Below are positions 39,206 through 50,408 of a DNA stretch of 64,000 nucleotides, one piece after another; position 1 is the first letter of the stretch, and every line of letters begins with the position of its first letter. Source of the stretch: an uncultured Gemmatimonadales bacterium. Its GTDB lineage: Bacteria > Gemmatimonadota > Gemmatimonadetes > Gemmatimonadales > GWC2-71-9. The notes under the pieces were generated by a model, which saw only the letters and a list, made by a program, of their open reading frames with translations, did not search any database and was not told the origin of the DNA. A program made the translations under genes and the position numbers. The stretch lies in the NCBI GenBank assembly GCA_963779755.1, contig CAVZZO010000001.1:1152001-1216000 (forward strand), in the 5' to 3' direction.

Positions 39206-41578
39206 ATGGCACGTACCAAAGCGAAGGGCACCACCAAAACAACCAGGAAGAAGGCAGCCCGGAGTTCCGCCAAAGGGGGCGGGACCGCCAAGCCCCGGGC
39301 TCGCCGCTCCGACGGCCAGGAGTCCCGGAACGGGGGCGGTCTGGTCATTGTCGAGTCGCCCACCAAGGCCCGGACCATCGGCCGCTACCTGGGGAGCGGC
39401 TACGACGTGAAGGCCACGGTAGGCCACGTCCGCGACCTGCCCACCCGGGAGCTGGGGGTGGACGTCGAGGCCGGCTTCGAGCCCAAGTACGTCACCATCA
39501 AGGGCAAGGCGAAGACGCTCTCGGAGATCAAGAAAGCGGCAAAGAAGGCGGGCGCCATCTTCCTGGCGACCGACCCGGACCGCGAGGGCGAAGCCATCGC
39601 GTGGCACGTGGCCGGCCAGCTGGAAACCGACGCGCCGGTCCGCCGGGTGTTGTTCGAGGAGATCACCAAGGGGGCGGTGCAGGCCGCCATGGATCGCCCC
39701 ACCAAGATCGACGACAAGAAGGTGGAGGCGCAGCAGGCGCGGCGCATCCTCGATCGCCTGGTGGGCTACAAGGCCAGTCCCATTCTCTGGAAGGCGATCC
39801 GCACCGGGCTCTCGGCCGGACGGGTCCAGACCGTCGCGCTGCGGCTCCTGGTGGAGCGGGAGCGCGAGATCCGCGCCTTCGTGCCGCAGGAGTACTGGAG
39901 CATCGAGGCGCTCTGCGCGCGCAGCAACCGGGAGTTCGAGGCCTCGCTGGTCCGGCTCGATGGTCACAAGCCCCAGCTCCACAGCGCCGAAGAGGCCGAG
40001 GAAGTCGTGGCCGCGGTACGGGAGCGCCCCTTCATCGTCTCCCGGGTGGAGAAAAAGCAGCGGCGCAAGCGGCCCAATGCGCCCTTCACCACCAGCACGC
40101 TGCAGCAGGAGGCGGCCAAGAAGCTGGGGTTCTCCTCCCGCCGCACCATGCGCACGGCCCAGGATCTCTACGAAGGCATCGACGTCGGCGAGGATGCCCC
40201 GGTGGGCCTCATTACGTACATGCGTACCGACTCGGTGCGCGTGTCGGAGACCGCCGTCGCGGCCGCGCGGGACTACATCGAGCGGCAGTACGGCAAGAAA
40301 TACCGGCCCGACGCGCCTAACACCTATACCAGCAAGGCGGCGCGGGTGCAGGACGCCCATGAGGCCATCCGGCCCACCGACGTGTTGCGCACGCCGGAAC
40401 AGGTCGAGCGGTATCTGGAGAAGGACCAGTTCCGGCTCTACCAGCTCATCTGGCAGCGCTTCATCGCGTCGCAGATGATGCCGGCGATCTACGACATGAC
40501 GATCGTGGAGTTCGATCTGGGCCGTTACCTCTTCCGGGCCACCGGCTCGGTGCCCGTGTTCGACGGCTACCACAAGGTTTATCTGGAGGGGCGGGAGGCC
40601 GGGGAAGGGAAGAGCATCGACGACCTCAAGGAGATCCCCGACCTCCAGGAGGGCGACCAGGTGGATCTCCGCTCGGTCACGCCGAACCAGCATTTCACCC
40701 AGCCGCCCCCGCGCTATTCCGAGGCCAGCCTGGTGAAGGAGCTCGAGCGGCTCGGCATCGGCCGCCCGTCGACCTACAGCTCCATCATCGGTACGCTGCA
40801 GGCGCGCGAATACGTCCGGATAGACCAGCGGCGCTTCTTTCCGACCGAGCTGGGCGAGACGGTCGAAAAGGTCATGGTGGGCAAGTTCCCCGACATCTTC
40901 AACGTCGAGTTCACGTCCGAAATGGAGAACGAGCTGGACCGGGTGGAAGAGTCGGAGCTGGAATGGCGCGAGGTGCTCAAGCGGTTCTACCAGCCGTTCA
41001 CCCGGGCACTGGAGTCGATCGACATCAACGCTCTGGTCATGGAAGCCCACGGCCTGGAAGATCTGAAGGACGAAAAGTGCCCCGAGTGCGGGTCACAGGT
41101 GATCCTGCGCACCGGCCGGTTCGGGCCGTTCCTCGCCTGCAGCCGGTATCCGGACGAGTGCAAGTACACCAAGCCGCTGCGCAAGCACAAAGTGCCCGAC
41201 CGCCCGTCCGAAGAAAAGTGCCATCTCTGCGGCGCAGCCATGGTGATCAAGACCGGGCGCTTCGGCGAGTTCCTGGCCTGTACCCGTTATCCCGAATGCA
41301 AGGGAACCCGCTCGATCCCGCTGGGCATCAAGTGCCCCAAGTGCGACGTGGGCGACCTGACCGCCCGGCGGACCAAGCGGGGCAAGTCCTTCTGGGGCTG
41401 CATGCGCTATCCCGATTGCGACTTCTCCACCTGGAACAAGCCCGTGCCCGAGACCTGTCCCGCCTGCGGCTGGGTGGGCATGGAGCTGAAAACCAGCAAG
41501 ACGCAGGGCAACGCGCTCACCTGCCTCAAGTGCGGGCACCGGGTGGAGCAGGATTCCGGGGAGGCGGCCCTGACGTGA
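39206..41578 (+). CDS. topA: DNA topoisomerase I
   Basis: IVESPTKA, ATDPDREGEAIAWH, SAGRVQT, LITYMRTDS, AHEAIRPT, GIGRPSTY, C-terminal Zn ribbons; start MARTK after GGAG. Confidence 0.97.
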   Translation: MARTKAKGTTKTTRKKAARSSAKGGGTAKPRARRSDGQESRNGGGLVIVESPTKARTIGRYLGSGYDVKATVGHVRDLPTRELGVDVEAGFEPKYVTIKGKAKTLSEIKKAAKKAGAIFLATDPDREGEAIAWHVAGQLETDAPVRRVLFEEITKGAVQAAMDRPTKIDDKKVEAQQARRILDRLVGYKASPILWKAIRTGLSAGRVQTVALRLLVEREREIRAFVPQEYWSIEALCARSNREFEASLVRLDGHKPQLHSAEEAEEVVAAVRERPFIVSRVEKKQRRKRPNAPFTTSTLQQEAAKKLGFSSRRTMRTAQDLYEGIDVGEDAPVGLITYMRTDSVRVSETAVAAARDYIERQYGKKYRPDAPNTYTSKAARVQDAHEAIRPTDVLRTPEQVERYLEKDQFRLYQLIWQRFIASQMMPAIYDMTIVEFDLGRYLFRATGSVPVFDGYHKVYLEGREAGEGKSIDDLKEIPDLQEGDQVDLRSVTPNQHFTQPPPRYSEASLVKELERLGIGRPSTYSSIIGTLQAREYVRIDQRRFFPTELGETVEKVMVGKFPDIFNVEFTSEMENELDRVEESELEWREVLKRFYQPFTRALESIDINALVMEAHGLEDLKDEKCPECGSQVILRTGRFGPFLACSRYPDECKYTKPLRKHKVPDRPSEEKCHLCGAAMVIKTGRFGEFLACTRYPECKGTRSIPLGIKCPKCDVGDLTARRTKRGKSFWGCMRYPDCDFSTWNKPVPETCPACGWVGMELKTSKTQGNALTCLKCGHRVEQDSGEAALT

Positions 41579-42897
41579 ACGTGACCGTGGTCGGCGGAGG
41601 GCTGGCAGGCTGCGAGGCGGCCTGGGCCCTCGCCGAGCGGGGTCTGCAGGTGACGCTCTACGAGATGCGGCCCGCGGTGCGCACCGGCGCCCATCAGACC
41701 GACCGGCTCGCCGAAATCGTCTGCAGCAACTCCTTCAAGTCCACCGAGCTGGCCAACGCCCACGGCCTGCTCAAGGCCGAATTGCGCCGGCTGGGGAGCC
41801 TCCTGCTCTCTTGTGCCGACCTGGCGCGGGTGCCGGCCGGTGCCGCGCTCGCGGTCGACCGGGAGGTGTTTTCCGCGGAGGTGCACCGGCGGGTCAGTGG
41901 CCATCCCAACATCACCGTACGACGGGAAGAAGCGGCCGGCGTTCCCAGCCCGGCGGTGATTGCCACCGGGCCCCTCACCTCCGATCGCCTGGCTGCGTCC
42001 CTGCGCGAGCGTCTGGGCAGCGCTGCGCTGGCCTTCTACGACGCCATTGCGCCGATCGTGGCCGGCGACTCGCTGGACCGCGACCGGCTCTACGCCGCCT
42101 CGCGCTACGGCAAGGGCGACGGCGACGACTATCTCAATGCGCCGCTCGAGGCCGCGGAGTATCGGGAGTTCATCGCGGCCCTCGCCTCGGCCGATCAGTT
42201 CAGCGGTCACGACTTCGACCAGGTCTCCTATTTCGAGGGCTGTCTGCCGGTCGAGGAGATGGCCCGGCGGGGGCCGGAGACGCTGCGGTTCGGGCCCATG
42301 AAGCCGGTGGGGCTGCCCGACCCCCGTAGCGGCCGGGAGCCCTGGGCGGTGGTCCAGCTGCGGCGCGAAGACCGCGCGGGGCAGATGTGGAACCTGGTGG
42401 GGTTCCAGACGCGGCTCAGGATCCCGGAGCAGAAGCGCGTGTTCGGGCTGATCCCGGGCCTGGCGGGCGCGGAATACTTCCGCTACGGCAGCATCCACCG
42501 GAACTCCTACATCAACAGCCCGGCGTCGCTGGGGCCTGGGCTCACCCTGCGCGACGACGACCGGGTATTCCTGGCGGGCCAGCTCACCGGCGTGGAAGGC
42601 TATACCGAGTCTCTGGGCACCGGGTTGCTGGCGGGCATCAATCTGGCGCGCCGGCTGGCGGGTCTGCCGGTGGCGGTCCCTCCCGCGACCACCATGCTGG
42701 GCGGCCTCTATCGCTACCTGCGGGACGCCGATCCGAAGCACTTCCAGCCGATGAACGCGAACTGGGGCCTGCTGGAGCCGCTGCAGGACGGCAGGGCGGC
42801 AGGACGGCAGGGCGGCAGAAACAGAAAAGAGGAACGGAAGCGGCAACTGGTGGAGCGGGCGCAGGCCGATTTCGAGCAGTGGGCGGCGGCGTTATGA
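41575..42897 (+). CDS. trmFO: FAD/folate-dependent tRNA m5U54 methyltransferase
   Basis: VVGGGLAGCEAA, EIVCSNSF, FEGCLPVE, GPMKPVGL, VGFQT, AGQLTGVEGY, QPMNAN. Confidence 0.96.
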   Translation: MNVTVVGGGLAGCEAAWALAERGLQVTLYEMRPAVRTGAHQTDRLAEIVCSNSFKSTELANAHGLLKAELRRLGSLLLSCADLARVPAGAALAVDREVFSAEVHRRVSGHPNITVRREEAAGVPSPAVIATGPLTSDRLAASLRERLGSAALAFYDAIAPIVAGDSLDRDRLYAASRYGKGDGDDYLNAPLEAAEYREFIAALASADQFSGHDFDQVSYFEGCLPVEEMARRGPETLRFGPMKPVGLPDPRSGREPWAVVQLRREDRAGQMWNLVGFQTRLRIPEQKRVFGLIPGLAGAEYFRYGSIHRNSYINSPASLGPGLTLRDDDRVFLAGQLTGVEGYTESLGTGLLAGINLARRLAGLPVAVPPATTMLGGLYRYLRDADPKHFQPMNANWGLLEPLQDGRAAGRQGGRNRKEERKRQLVERAQADFEQWAAAL

Positions 42898-43811
42898 GCA
42901 TGCCTGTCCTGCGGCAGCCGATCGGCGAGTATCTCGACCACCTGGAGAAGGAACGGCAGGTCTCGCCCCACACGGTCAAGGCCTACCGTCGCGATCTCGC
43001 GGCGTTCCAGGACTTCTGCGACCGGCACTACGGGGAGTGGAGCTGGGACGGGATCGACCGGCTGGGCCTGCGCGCCTTCCTGGGCGAGCTGCATCGCCGG
43101 GGCCTGGCCAAGCGCTCGGCAGCCCGCGCGCTCTCGTCCCTGCGCAGCTTCTATCGCTACCTCCAGCAGTTCCACGGCGTGGAAGTGAACCCCGGCCGGG
43201 GCGCGCGGGTGCCGAAGATGGAGCGGCGGCTGCCCACCCACCTGGAGGCGAGCCAGACGGAGGAGCTGTTCGCCGCGGTCGAGGCGCGGGCGGCGGGGGG
43301 CGAGCGGAGCGCGCTGCGCGATCTCGCCATGCTGGAACTGTTCTATTCCAGCGGCCTGCGGCTTTCCGAGCTGGCAGGACTCAACCTGGACGACGTGGAT
43401 CTCCTGTCGGACCAGGTCCGGGTGCGGGGCAAGGGTCGCAAGGAGCGGATCGTGCCGGTCGGTTCCCGGGCGGTACGGGTGCTCCGCCGCTATCTGGAGA
43501 CCCGGGAGGAGCTGCTGTTGCGCGATGGCGCCGACCGGCGGGCGCTCTTTCTCAATGCCCGGGGCCGGCGGCTGTCCGCCCGCAGCGTGCAACGGGCCAT
43601 GCACCGCTGCTTCGACCTGATCGCCGCCGATGGCATGCGGGTCCACTCCCTGCGCCATACCTTCGCCACCCATCTGCTGGATGCGGGGGCGGATCTGCGC
43701 GCGGTGCAGGAGCTGCTGGGCCATGCCAGCCTGAGCACGACCCAGATTTATACTCATACCAGCGTCGAGCGCCTGAAGCAGGTGTATCATCAGGCGCACC
43801 CCAGGGCGTGA
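42894..43811 (+). CDS. xerC: Tyrosine recombinase XerC
   Basis: SSGLRLSEL, GKGRKER, HSLRHTFATHLL, LLGHASLSTTQIYTH, HPRA; topA-trmFO-xerC-hslVU synteny. Confidence 0.92.
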   Translation: MSMPVLRQPIGEYLDHLEKERQVSPHTVKAYRRDLAAFQDFCDRHYGEWSWDGIDRLGLRAFLGELHRRGLAKRSAARALSSLRSFYRYLQQFHGVEVNPGRGARVPKMERRLPTHLEASQTEELFAAVEARAAGGERSALRDLAMLELFYSSGLRLSELAGLNLDDVDLLSDQVRVRGKGRKERIVPVGSRAVRVLRRYLETREELLLRDGADRRALFLNARGRRLSARSVQRAMHRCFDLIAADGMRVHSLRHTFATHLLDAGADLRAVQELLGHASLSTTQIYTHTSVERLKQVYHQAHPRA

Positions 43812-43879
43812 TAGAAGAGAAAAGGACTGAGGACTGAGAGCGGCAAGGCTGACCGCCCGACCGCCTGACAAGGAAACCC

Positions 43880-44419
43880 ATGCAGCAGATGCACGGCACC
43901 ACCATCATCGTCGTCCGCAAGGACGGCAGGGTCGCCCTCGGGGGCGACGGCCAGGTCACCATTGGTGACACGGTCATGAAATCGCGGGCCACCAAAGTGC
44001 GGTCGCTGCGCGGCGGGAAGATCCTGGCCGGCTTTGCCGGATCGGTAGCCGACGCCATTACGCTGTTCGAGAAATTCGAGGAGAAGCTGGACCGCTACCC
44101 GGGCAACATGCCCCGGGCGGCCGTCGAGCTGGCCAAGGACTGGCGCAGCGACCGGGTGCTCCGCCGCCTGGAGGCCATGCTGGTGCTGGCCGACCAGGAG
44201 CACAGCTTTCTCCTGAGCGGCGCGGGCGAGCTGATCGAGCCGGACGACGGCATTCTGGCGGTCGGTTCGGGCGGGAACTACGCCCTGGCCGCGGCGCGGG
44301 CACTCTACCCCGACGCCTCGCTTTCGGCGCGCGATATCGTCCAGCGGGCGCTCGGCATCGCCGCCCAGATCTGCGTCTACACCAACGACAACGTCACGAT
44401 CATCGAACCGGCGGGCTGA
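43880..44419 (+). CDS. hslV: ATP-dependent protease subunit HslV
   Basis: [33 protein letters not shown]. Confidence 0.97.
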   Translation: MQQMHGTTIIVVRKDGRVALGGDGQVTIGDTVMKSRATKVRSLRGGKILAGFAGSVADAITLFEKFEEKLDRYPGNMPRAAVELAKDWRSDRVLRRLEAMLVLADQEHSFLLSGAGELIEPDDGILAVGSGGNYALAAARALYPDASLSARDIVQRALGIAAQICVYTNDNVTIIEPAG

Positions 44420-44445
44420 GCCGCGCCGGGATTGGCAGGGATGAC

Positions 44446-45936
<1,491 letters not shown>

Positions 45937-45999
45937 CGCGGCCCTGCAGGGGCGACGGGCGGATTCCGGGAACTGCCCGCGCACGCGCAAGGAGATCTC

Positions 46000-46101
46000 A
46001 TGCCAGAGGTGACCGGAATCCTCCGTGACGCGCTGCGGGAGCGCTATGCGCCCGAGGGGCCGGCCTTCAATCCGCTTCCGTTCTGCCAGTCCGGCTGCTG
46101 A
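46000..46101 (+). other. 33-codon ORF, small protein or 5' remnant of a Ser/Thr kinase gene
   Basis: AAGGAG RBS; MPEVTGILRDALRERYAPEGPAFNPLPFCQSGC*. Confidence 0.4.
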
Positions 46102-46255
46102 TTTTACTCGGAGGAGGATGCCTGGCACTGTGGAAACGGGGCTTTCCCTCTCGCAAGCCTGACAGGCGGGGCCCTGAAACGGCTTGCCCCGCCGTGGCTT
46201 TCCCGACTAGTATCTCCTGCCAAAATGACTCCGTTCCCCGGAAATTGGCGGTGCC

Positions 46256-47155
46256 ATGGCGAAGCGCGACTTGCTCTCCAACAGCGACCTGACACCCGCC
46301 GAAACGGAGGCGCTGATTACGCTGGCCCTCCGGCTCAAGCGGCGTGAGATCAAGGGGCCGCAGCTCGCGGGCCGCAGCCTGGGGATGATCTTCGCCAAGA
46401 GCAGTACCCGTACCCGGGTTTCATTCGAAGTGGGGATGTACCAGCTGGGGGGGCATGCCCTCTTTCTCTCCTCGCGCGACATCCAGCTGGGGCGAGGCGA
46501 GCCCATCCGCGACACCGCCCGGGTGCTCTCCCGCTATCTCGACGCCATCATGATCCGCACCTTCGACCATGCCGAGGTGGAGGAGCTGGCCCGCTTCGCC
46601 ACGGTGCCGGTGATCAACGGGCTGACCGACCTGCTGCACCCCTGCCAGCTGCTGGCCGATCTGCTGACCATTCACGAGCACCTGGGTGGCTGGCAGGACC
46701 GGGTGGTGGCCTGGGTCGGCGACGGCAACAACATGGCCAACAGCTGGATCGAATGCGCCGGCCTGCTGGGGTTCGAGCTCCGGCTGGCCTGTCCCGAGGG
46801 CTACGAGCCCAACCGGGAGATCTTCGAGCGCAACCAGCCGCGCACTCGGCTGGTCATTACCGAAGATCCCGACGAGGCGGTACGCGGAGCCCATGTGGTG
46901 AATACCGACGTCTGGGCCAGCATGGGCCAGGAGGGCGAAACGGAGGCCCGGGTGCAGGCCTTCCGCGGCTATGCGGTGGATGCCGGCCTGATGAAGCTGG
47001 CCGCGCCGGAAGCCATCTTCCTGCACTGCCTGCCTGCTCATCGCGGCGAGGAAGTGAGCGAGGAGGTCCTGGAGGGGCCGCAGTCGCGGGTGTGGGACCA
47101 GGCGGAAAACCGGCTGCACGCCCAGAAGGCCCTGCTGCTGACATTGATGTCGTAA
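46256..47155 (+). CDS. argF: Ornithine carbamoyltransferase
   Basis: SSTRTRVSF, HPCQ, GDGNN, DVWASMG, FLHCLPAHRG, QAENR. Confidence 0.96.
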   Translation: MAKRDLLSNSDLTPAETEALITLALRLKRREIKGPQLAGRSLGMIFAKSSTRTRVSFEVGMYQLGGHALFLSSRDIQLGRGEPIRDTARVLSRYLDAIMIRTFDHAEVEELARFATVPVINGLTDLLHPCQLLADLLTIHEHLGGWQDRVVAWVGDGNNMANSWIECAGLLGFELRLACPEGYEPNREIFERNQPRTRLVITEDPDEAVRGAHVVNTDVWASMGQEGETEARVQAFRGYAVDAGLMKLAAPEAIFLHCLPAHRGEEVSEEVLEGPQSRVWDQAENRLHAQKALLLTLMS

Positions 47156-47158
47156 GTG

Positions 47159-47215
47159 GTGAGGCGTAAGGGGTAAGGCGTATATCCGCCTCACGCCTTA
47201 CCCCTTACCTCTCAC
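47159..47215. repeat. Inverted heptamer arrays (GTAAGGS ... CCTTACS)
   Basis: GTGAGGC GTAAGGG GTAAGGC ... CCTCACG CCTTACC CCTTACC. Confidence 0.8.
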
Positions 47216-47231
47216 GATTGGGAGACGGATC

Positions 47232-48338
47232 ATGGCCGACGACCTGAAGCATACACCACTGTACGAGATCCATCGCGCGCTGGAGGGCAAGATGGTGCCC
47301 TTCGCCGGCTACGAGATGCCGGTGCAGTATCCCGCCGGTATCCTGGCGGAGCACCGGGCGGTGCGGGAGGGGGCCGGCATCTTCGACGTGTCTCACATGG
47401 GCGAATTCGAGGTGAGCGGCCCGGACCGGAACGCGCTGGTCAACCGGGTCACCACCAACGATGTGGGCGCCCTGACGGACGGGGAGGTGCAGTACTCGGC
47501 GGTCCTGTCACCCGAGGGAACCTTTCTGGACGACTGTACCGTCTACCGCTTCGACGACAAGGTCATGCTGGTGGTGAACGCCGCCAACACGGAGAAGGTC
47601 TGGCAGCATCTCGTGGCCCACAAGGGCGGCGCCAACGCCCGGCTCAAGAACATCACGGATGACGTGGGGCTCATCGCTCTGCAGGGTCCCAGGGCCGAAG
47701 AAATGCTGGCGCCGGTGAGCGGGATCCGCCTGCCGGATGTGGCCTACTACCACTTTACCTCGGGCACGGTGGCCGGCGCCCAGTGCTTTGTGTCCCGCAC
47801 CGGGTATACCGGCGAGGACGGCTTCGAGATCTACTGCCGCTCCCGCGATGCGGTGGCCATCTGGGAGGCGCTGGCCGGGAACGGGGCCGTGCCCTGCGGC
47901 CTGGGTGCCCGCGATTCCCTGCGGCTCGAGATGGGCTACGCCCTCTACGGGCATGAGATCGACGACACGGTGACGCCGCTCGAGGCCGGCCTGGGCTGGA
48001 TCGTCAAGCTGGACAAGGGCTCGCCCTTCGTGGGCGCCGACGCGCTGCGCCTGCAGAAGCAGCAGGGTGTCCGCCGCCGGCTGGTCGGCTTCACCCTGCT
48101 GGAGAAGGCCTTTCCCCGCCAGGGCTATCCGGTCTATCTCCACGACCGCCAGGTGGACGTGGTGCGGAGCGGAACGGTGAGCCCCTCGCTGGGCCAGCCG
48201 ATCGGCACCACCTACCTCCCGCTCGAGTCGGCCAAGGCGGGCACCCGGTTCGAGGTGGATTGCCGCGGCAGGCGGATGCCGGCGCAGGTGGTGAAGCTCC
48301 CCTTCTGGACCAGGGGCTCGGTCAAGAAGCATAAATGA
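47232..48338 (+). CDS. gcvT: Glycine cleavage system aminomethyltransferase T
   Basis: [42 protein letters not shown]. Confidence 0.96.
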   Translation: MADDLKHTPLYEIHRALEGKMVPFAGYEMPVQYPAGILAEHRAVREGAGIFDVSHMGEFEVSGPDRNALVNRVTTNDVGALTDGEVQYSAVLSPEGTFLDDCTVYRFDDKVMLVVNAANTEKVWQHLVAHKGGANARLKNITDDVGLIALQGPRAEEMLAPVSGIRLPDVAYYHFTSGTVAGAQCFVSRTGYTGEDGFEIYCRSRDAVAIWEALAGNGAVPCGLGARDSLRLEMGYALYGHEIDDTVTPLEAGLGWIVKLDKGSPFVGADALRLQKQQGVRRRLVGFTLLEKAFPRQGYPVYLHDRQVDVVRSGTVSPSLGQPIGTTYLPLESAKAGTRFEVDCRGRRMPAQVVKLPFWTRGSVKKHK

Positions 48339-48853
48339 GCGGGCCAGCGACTACGGTTCCCGCCGGCCGGGGCATCCGGCTGGCTATTCTCACGGTGTCG
48401 GATGCGGGGAGCCGCGGGCAGCGGGAGGATACTTCGGGCGACGCCATTGCCGCCTGGGGGCCGGAGCACGGCTGCCACATCGCCGGGCGGGCGCTGGTGC
48501 CGGACGATCCGGTGCGCATCGCGGCGCAGCTGATGCACTGGGCCGACGGCGGCGCGGTGGATGTCGTGCTTACCACCGGCGGTACCGGGCTGGCCGAGCG
48601 CGACCATACCCCCGAAGCCACCCGCAGCGTGCTGGAGCGCGAGGTCCCCGGCCTGGCCGACGCCCTGCGCGCGTCCGCATGGCCCGCCGTTCCCCGGGCG
48701 CTGCTCTCCCGCGGCCTGGCCGGCACCCGGGGCCGCACCCTCATCGTCAATCTGCCCGGGAGCCCCGGCGGGGTTCGCGACGGCCTCACCGTGCTCGCGC
48801 CGGTGCTGGCCCATGCGGTGGACCTGCTGCGCGGCCGGACGGAGCACCCCTGA
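48335..48853 (+). CDS. mog: Molybdopterin adenylyltransferase, MogA/MoaB family
   Basis: [30 protein letters not shown]. Confidence 0.88.
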   Translation: MSGPATTVPAGRGIRLAILTVSDAGSRGQREDTSGDAIAAWGPEHGCHIAGRALVPDDPVRIAAQLMHWADGGAVDVVLTTGGTGLAERDHTPEATRSVLEREVPGLADALRASAWPAVPRALLSRGLAGTRGRTLIVNLPGSPGGVRDGLTVLAPVLAHAVDLLRGRTEHP

Positions 48854-48855
48854 TC

Positions 48856-50352
48856 ATGGCCCGGGTGCTCATCACCATGGATGACATCGAAGCCGCGGTG
48901 CGGATCAACGCCGCGCTCGAGACCGGCGGGTACACCACCGCCATGGTCTCCAGCGTGGACGATGGCCCGCGTGCGCTCTCGCGCGAGCATCCCGAGCTGG
49001 TGATCCTGACCGGCGCCCTGCACGATCCCCCCGCCCGCCAGCTGGCGCTGGCGGCGCGCGACACGGAAATCAGCACCCTGGCCCTGCTGGAGCCGACCGA
49101 TGCTGGTCGGATGGAACATGACCTCGGCGTTACCGAGATCATGACCAAGCCGGTACATCCGGAGGAGGTGGTGCAGACCGCCCAGCGGCTCATCGCGCGA
49201 CGTGAGCTGCAGGAGCGCACCGGGATCATCGGCGAGAGCCCGGGCATCCAGGAACTGATGGTCAAGATCGAGCAGATGGCTCCGGTCTCCAGTACCGTGC
49301 TGATCCAGGGCGAGTCGGGGACGGGCAAGGAGCTGGTGGCCAAGGCCATCCACGATCTCTCCCCCCGGCGGGGCAAGCCCTTCATCGCGGTGAACTGCGC
49401 CGCCCTGCCCGAGGCGCTGCTGGAAAGCGAGCTGTTCGGGCACGAGAAGGGCGCCTTCACCGGGGCGGCGGAGCGCCGGCTGGGCCGCTTCGAGCTGGCC
49501 GACGGGGGCACCATCTTCCTGGACGAAATCGGCGAGGTGCCTCCCAGCGTGCAGGTGAAACTGCTGCGGGTGCTGGAGAACCGGGTGTTCTTCCGGGTGG
49601 GCGGCACCCAGGGCATCAAGGTGGACGTGCGGGTCATCGCGGCGACCAACAAGAATCTCAAGGAATCGGTGGCGCTGGGCGAGTTCCGGGACGACCTCTT
49701 CTACCGGCTCAATGTGCTCACCATCTTCCTGCCGCCCCTGCGGGAGCGCCGGGAGGACATTCCGCTCCTGGTTCGCCGGTTCATCCGGGAATTCGCCCAG
49801 GGCGAGGATCGCCGCTTCCGCGGGATCACGCAGGAGGCCATGCGCCTCCTGGTGGAGGCCCAGTGGCCCGGCAACGTGCGCCAGCTGCGCAACCTGGTCG
49901 AGGCCATGGCGGTGCTGGCGCCCGGCAGCGAGATCCGCGCATCGGACATTCCACCGGACATCCTGGAGGGGGCGAGCCGGCTTCTGCCCATGCGGCTGCC
50001 GCAGGTGCAGCGCGACGCGCAGACCCAGGAACTGGAGTTCATTCTCCGCAGCCTGGTGGAGTTGCGGCTCCAGGTGGAAGAGCTCCGGCGGCGCCTGGAC
50101 CAGCGGCCCCAGCGGGTCCAGGTGATCGACCTCGGCCCCAGCCATTCCATCGCCGATGTGGTGGACGAGGCGGAGCCGGGCGAGCCCGAAGCGGTTCTCT
50201 ACCGCTCGGGGATGACCATGGCGGAGGTGGAGAAAGCGGCGATCGAGGCCGCGCTGCAGGAGCACCGGGGCAACCGTCGCAAGGCGGCCGAGGCACTGGG
50301 AATCGGGGAGCGGACGCTCTATCGTAAGATCAAGGCTTACAATCTGGAGTAG
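48856..50352 (+). CDS. Sigma54-dependent enhancer-binding protein with pseudo-receiver domain
   Basis: GESGTGKE, ESELFGHEKGAFTGA, FLDEIGE, WPGNVRQLRN, Fis HTH; REC-like N-terminus ELVILTG lacks the phospho-Asp. Confidence 0.9.
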   Translation: MARVLITMDDIEAAVRINAALETGGYTTAMVSSVDDGPRALSREHPELVILTGALHDPPARQLALAARDTEISTLALLEPTDAGRMEHDLGVTEIMTKPVHPEEVVQTAQRLIARRELQERTGIIGESPGIQELMVKIEQMAPVSSTVLIQGESGTGKELVAKAIHDLSPRRGKPFIAVNCAALPEALLESELFGHEKGAFTGAAERRLGRFELADGGTIFLDEIGEVPPSVQVKLLRVLENRVFFRVGGTQGIKVDVRVIAATNKNLKESVALGEFRDDLFYRLNVLTIFLPPLRERREDIPLLVRRFIREFAQGEDRRFRGITQEAMRLLVEAQWPGNVRQLRNLVEAMAVLAPGSEIRASDIPPDILEGASRLLPMRLPQVQRDAQTQELEFILRSLVELRLQVEELRRRLDQRPQRVQVIDLGPSHSIADVVDEAEPGEPEAVLYRSGMTMAEVEKAAIEAALQEHRGNRRKAAEALGIGERTLYRKIKAYNLE

Positions 50353-50408
50353 GTCTCCCCGGCTAAGTCGGGAAAACACCGATAGTTGCACTGTTACGAC
50401 ACCTTGAC

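Noticed and set aside
42894..43811. Tyrosine recombinase as a phage or island integrase
   Set aside because: It sits in the housekeeping topA-trmFO-xerC-hslVU order with host-like composition and the XerC-type HPRA end.
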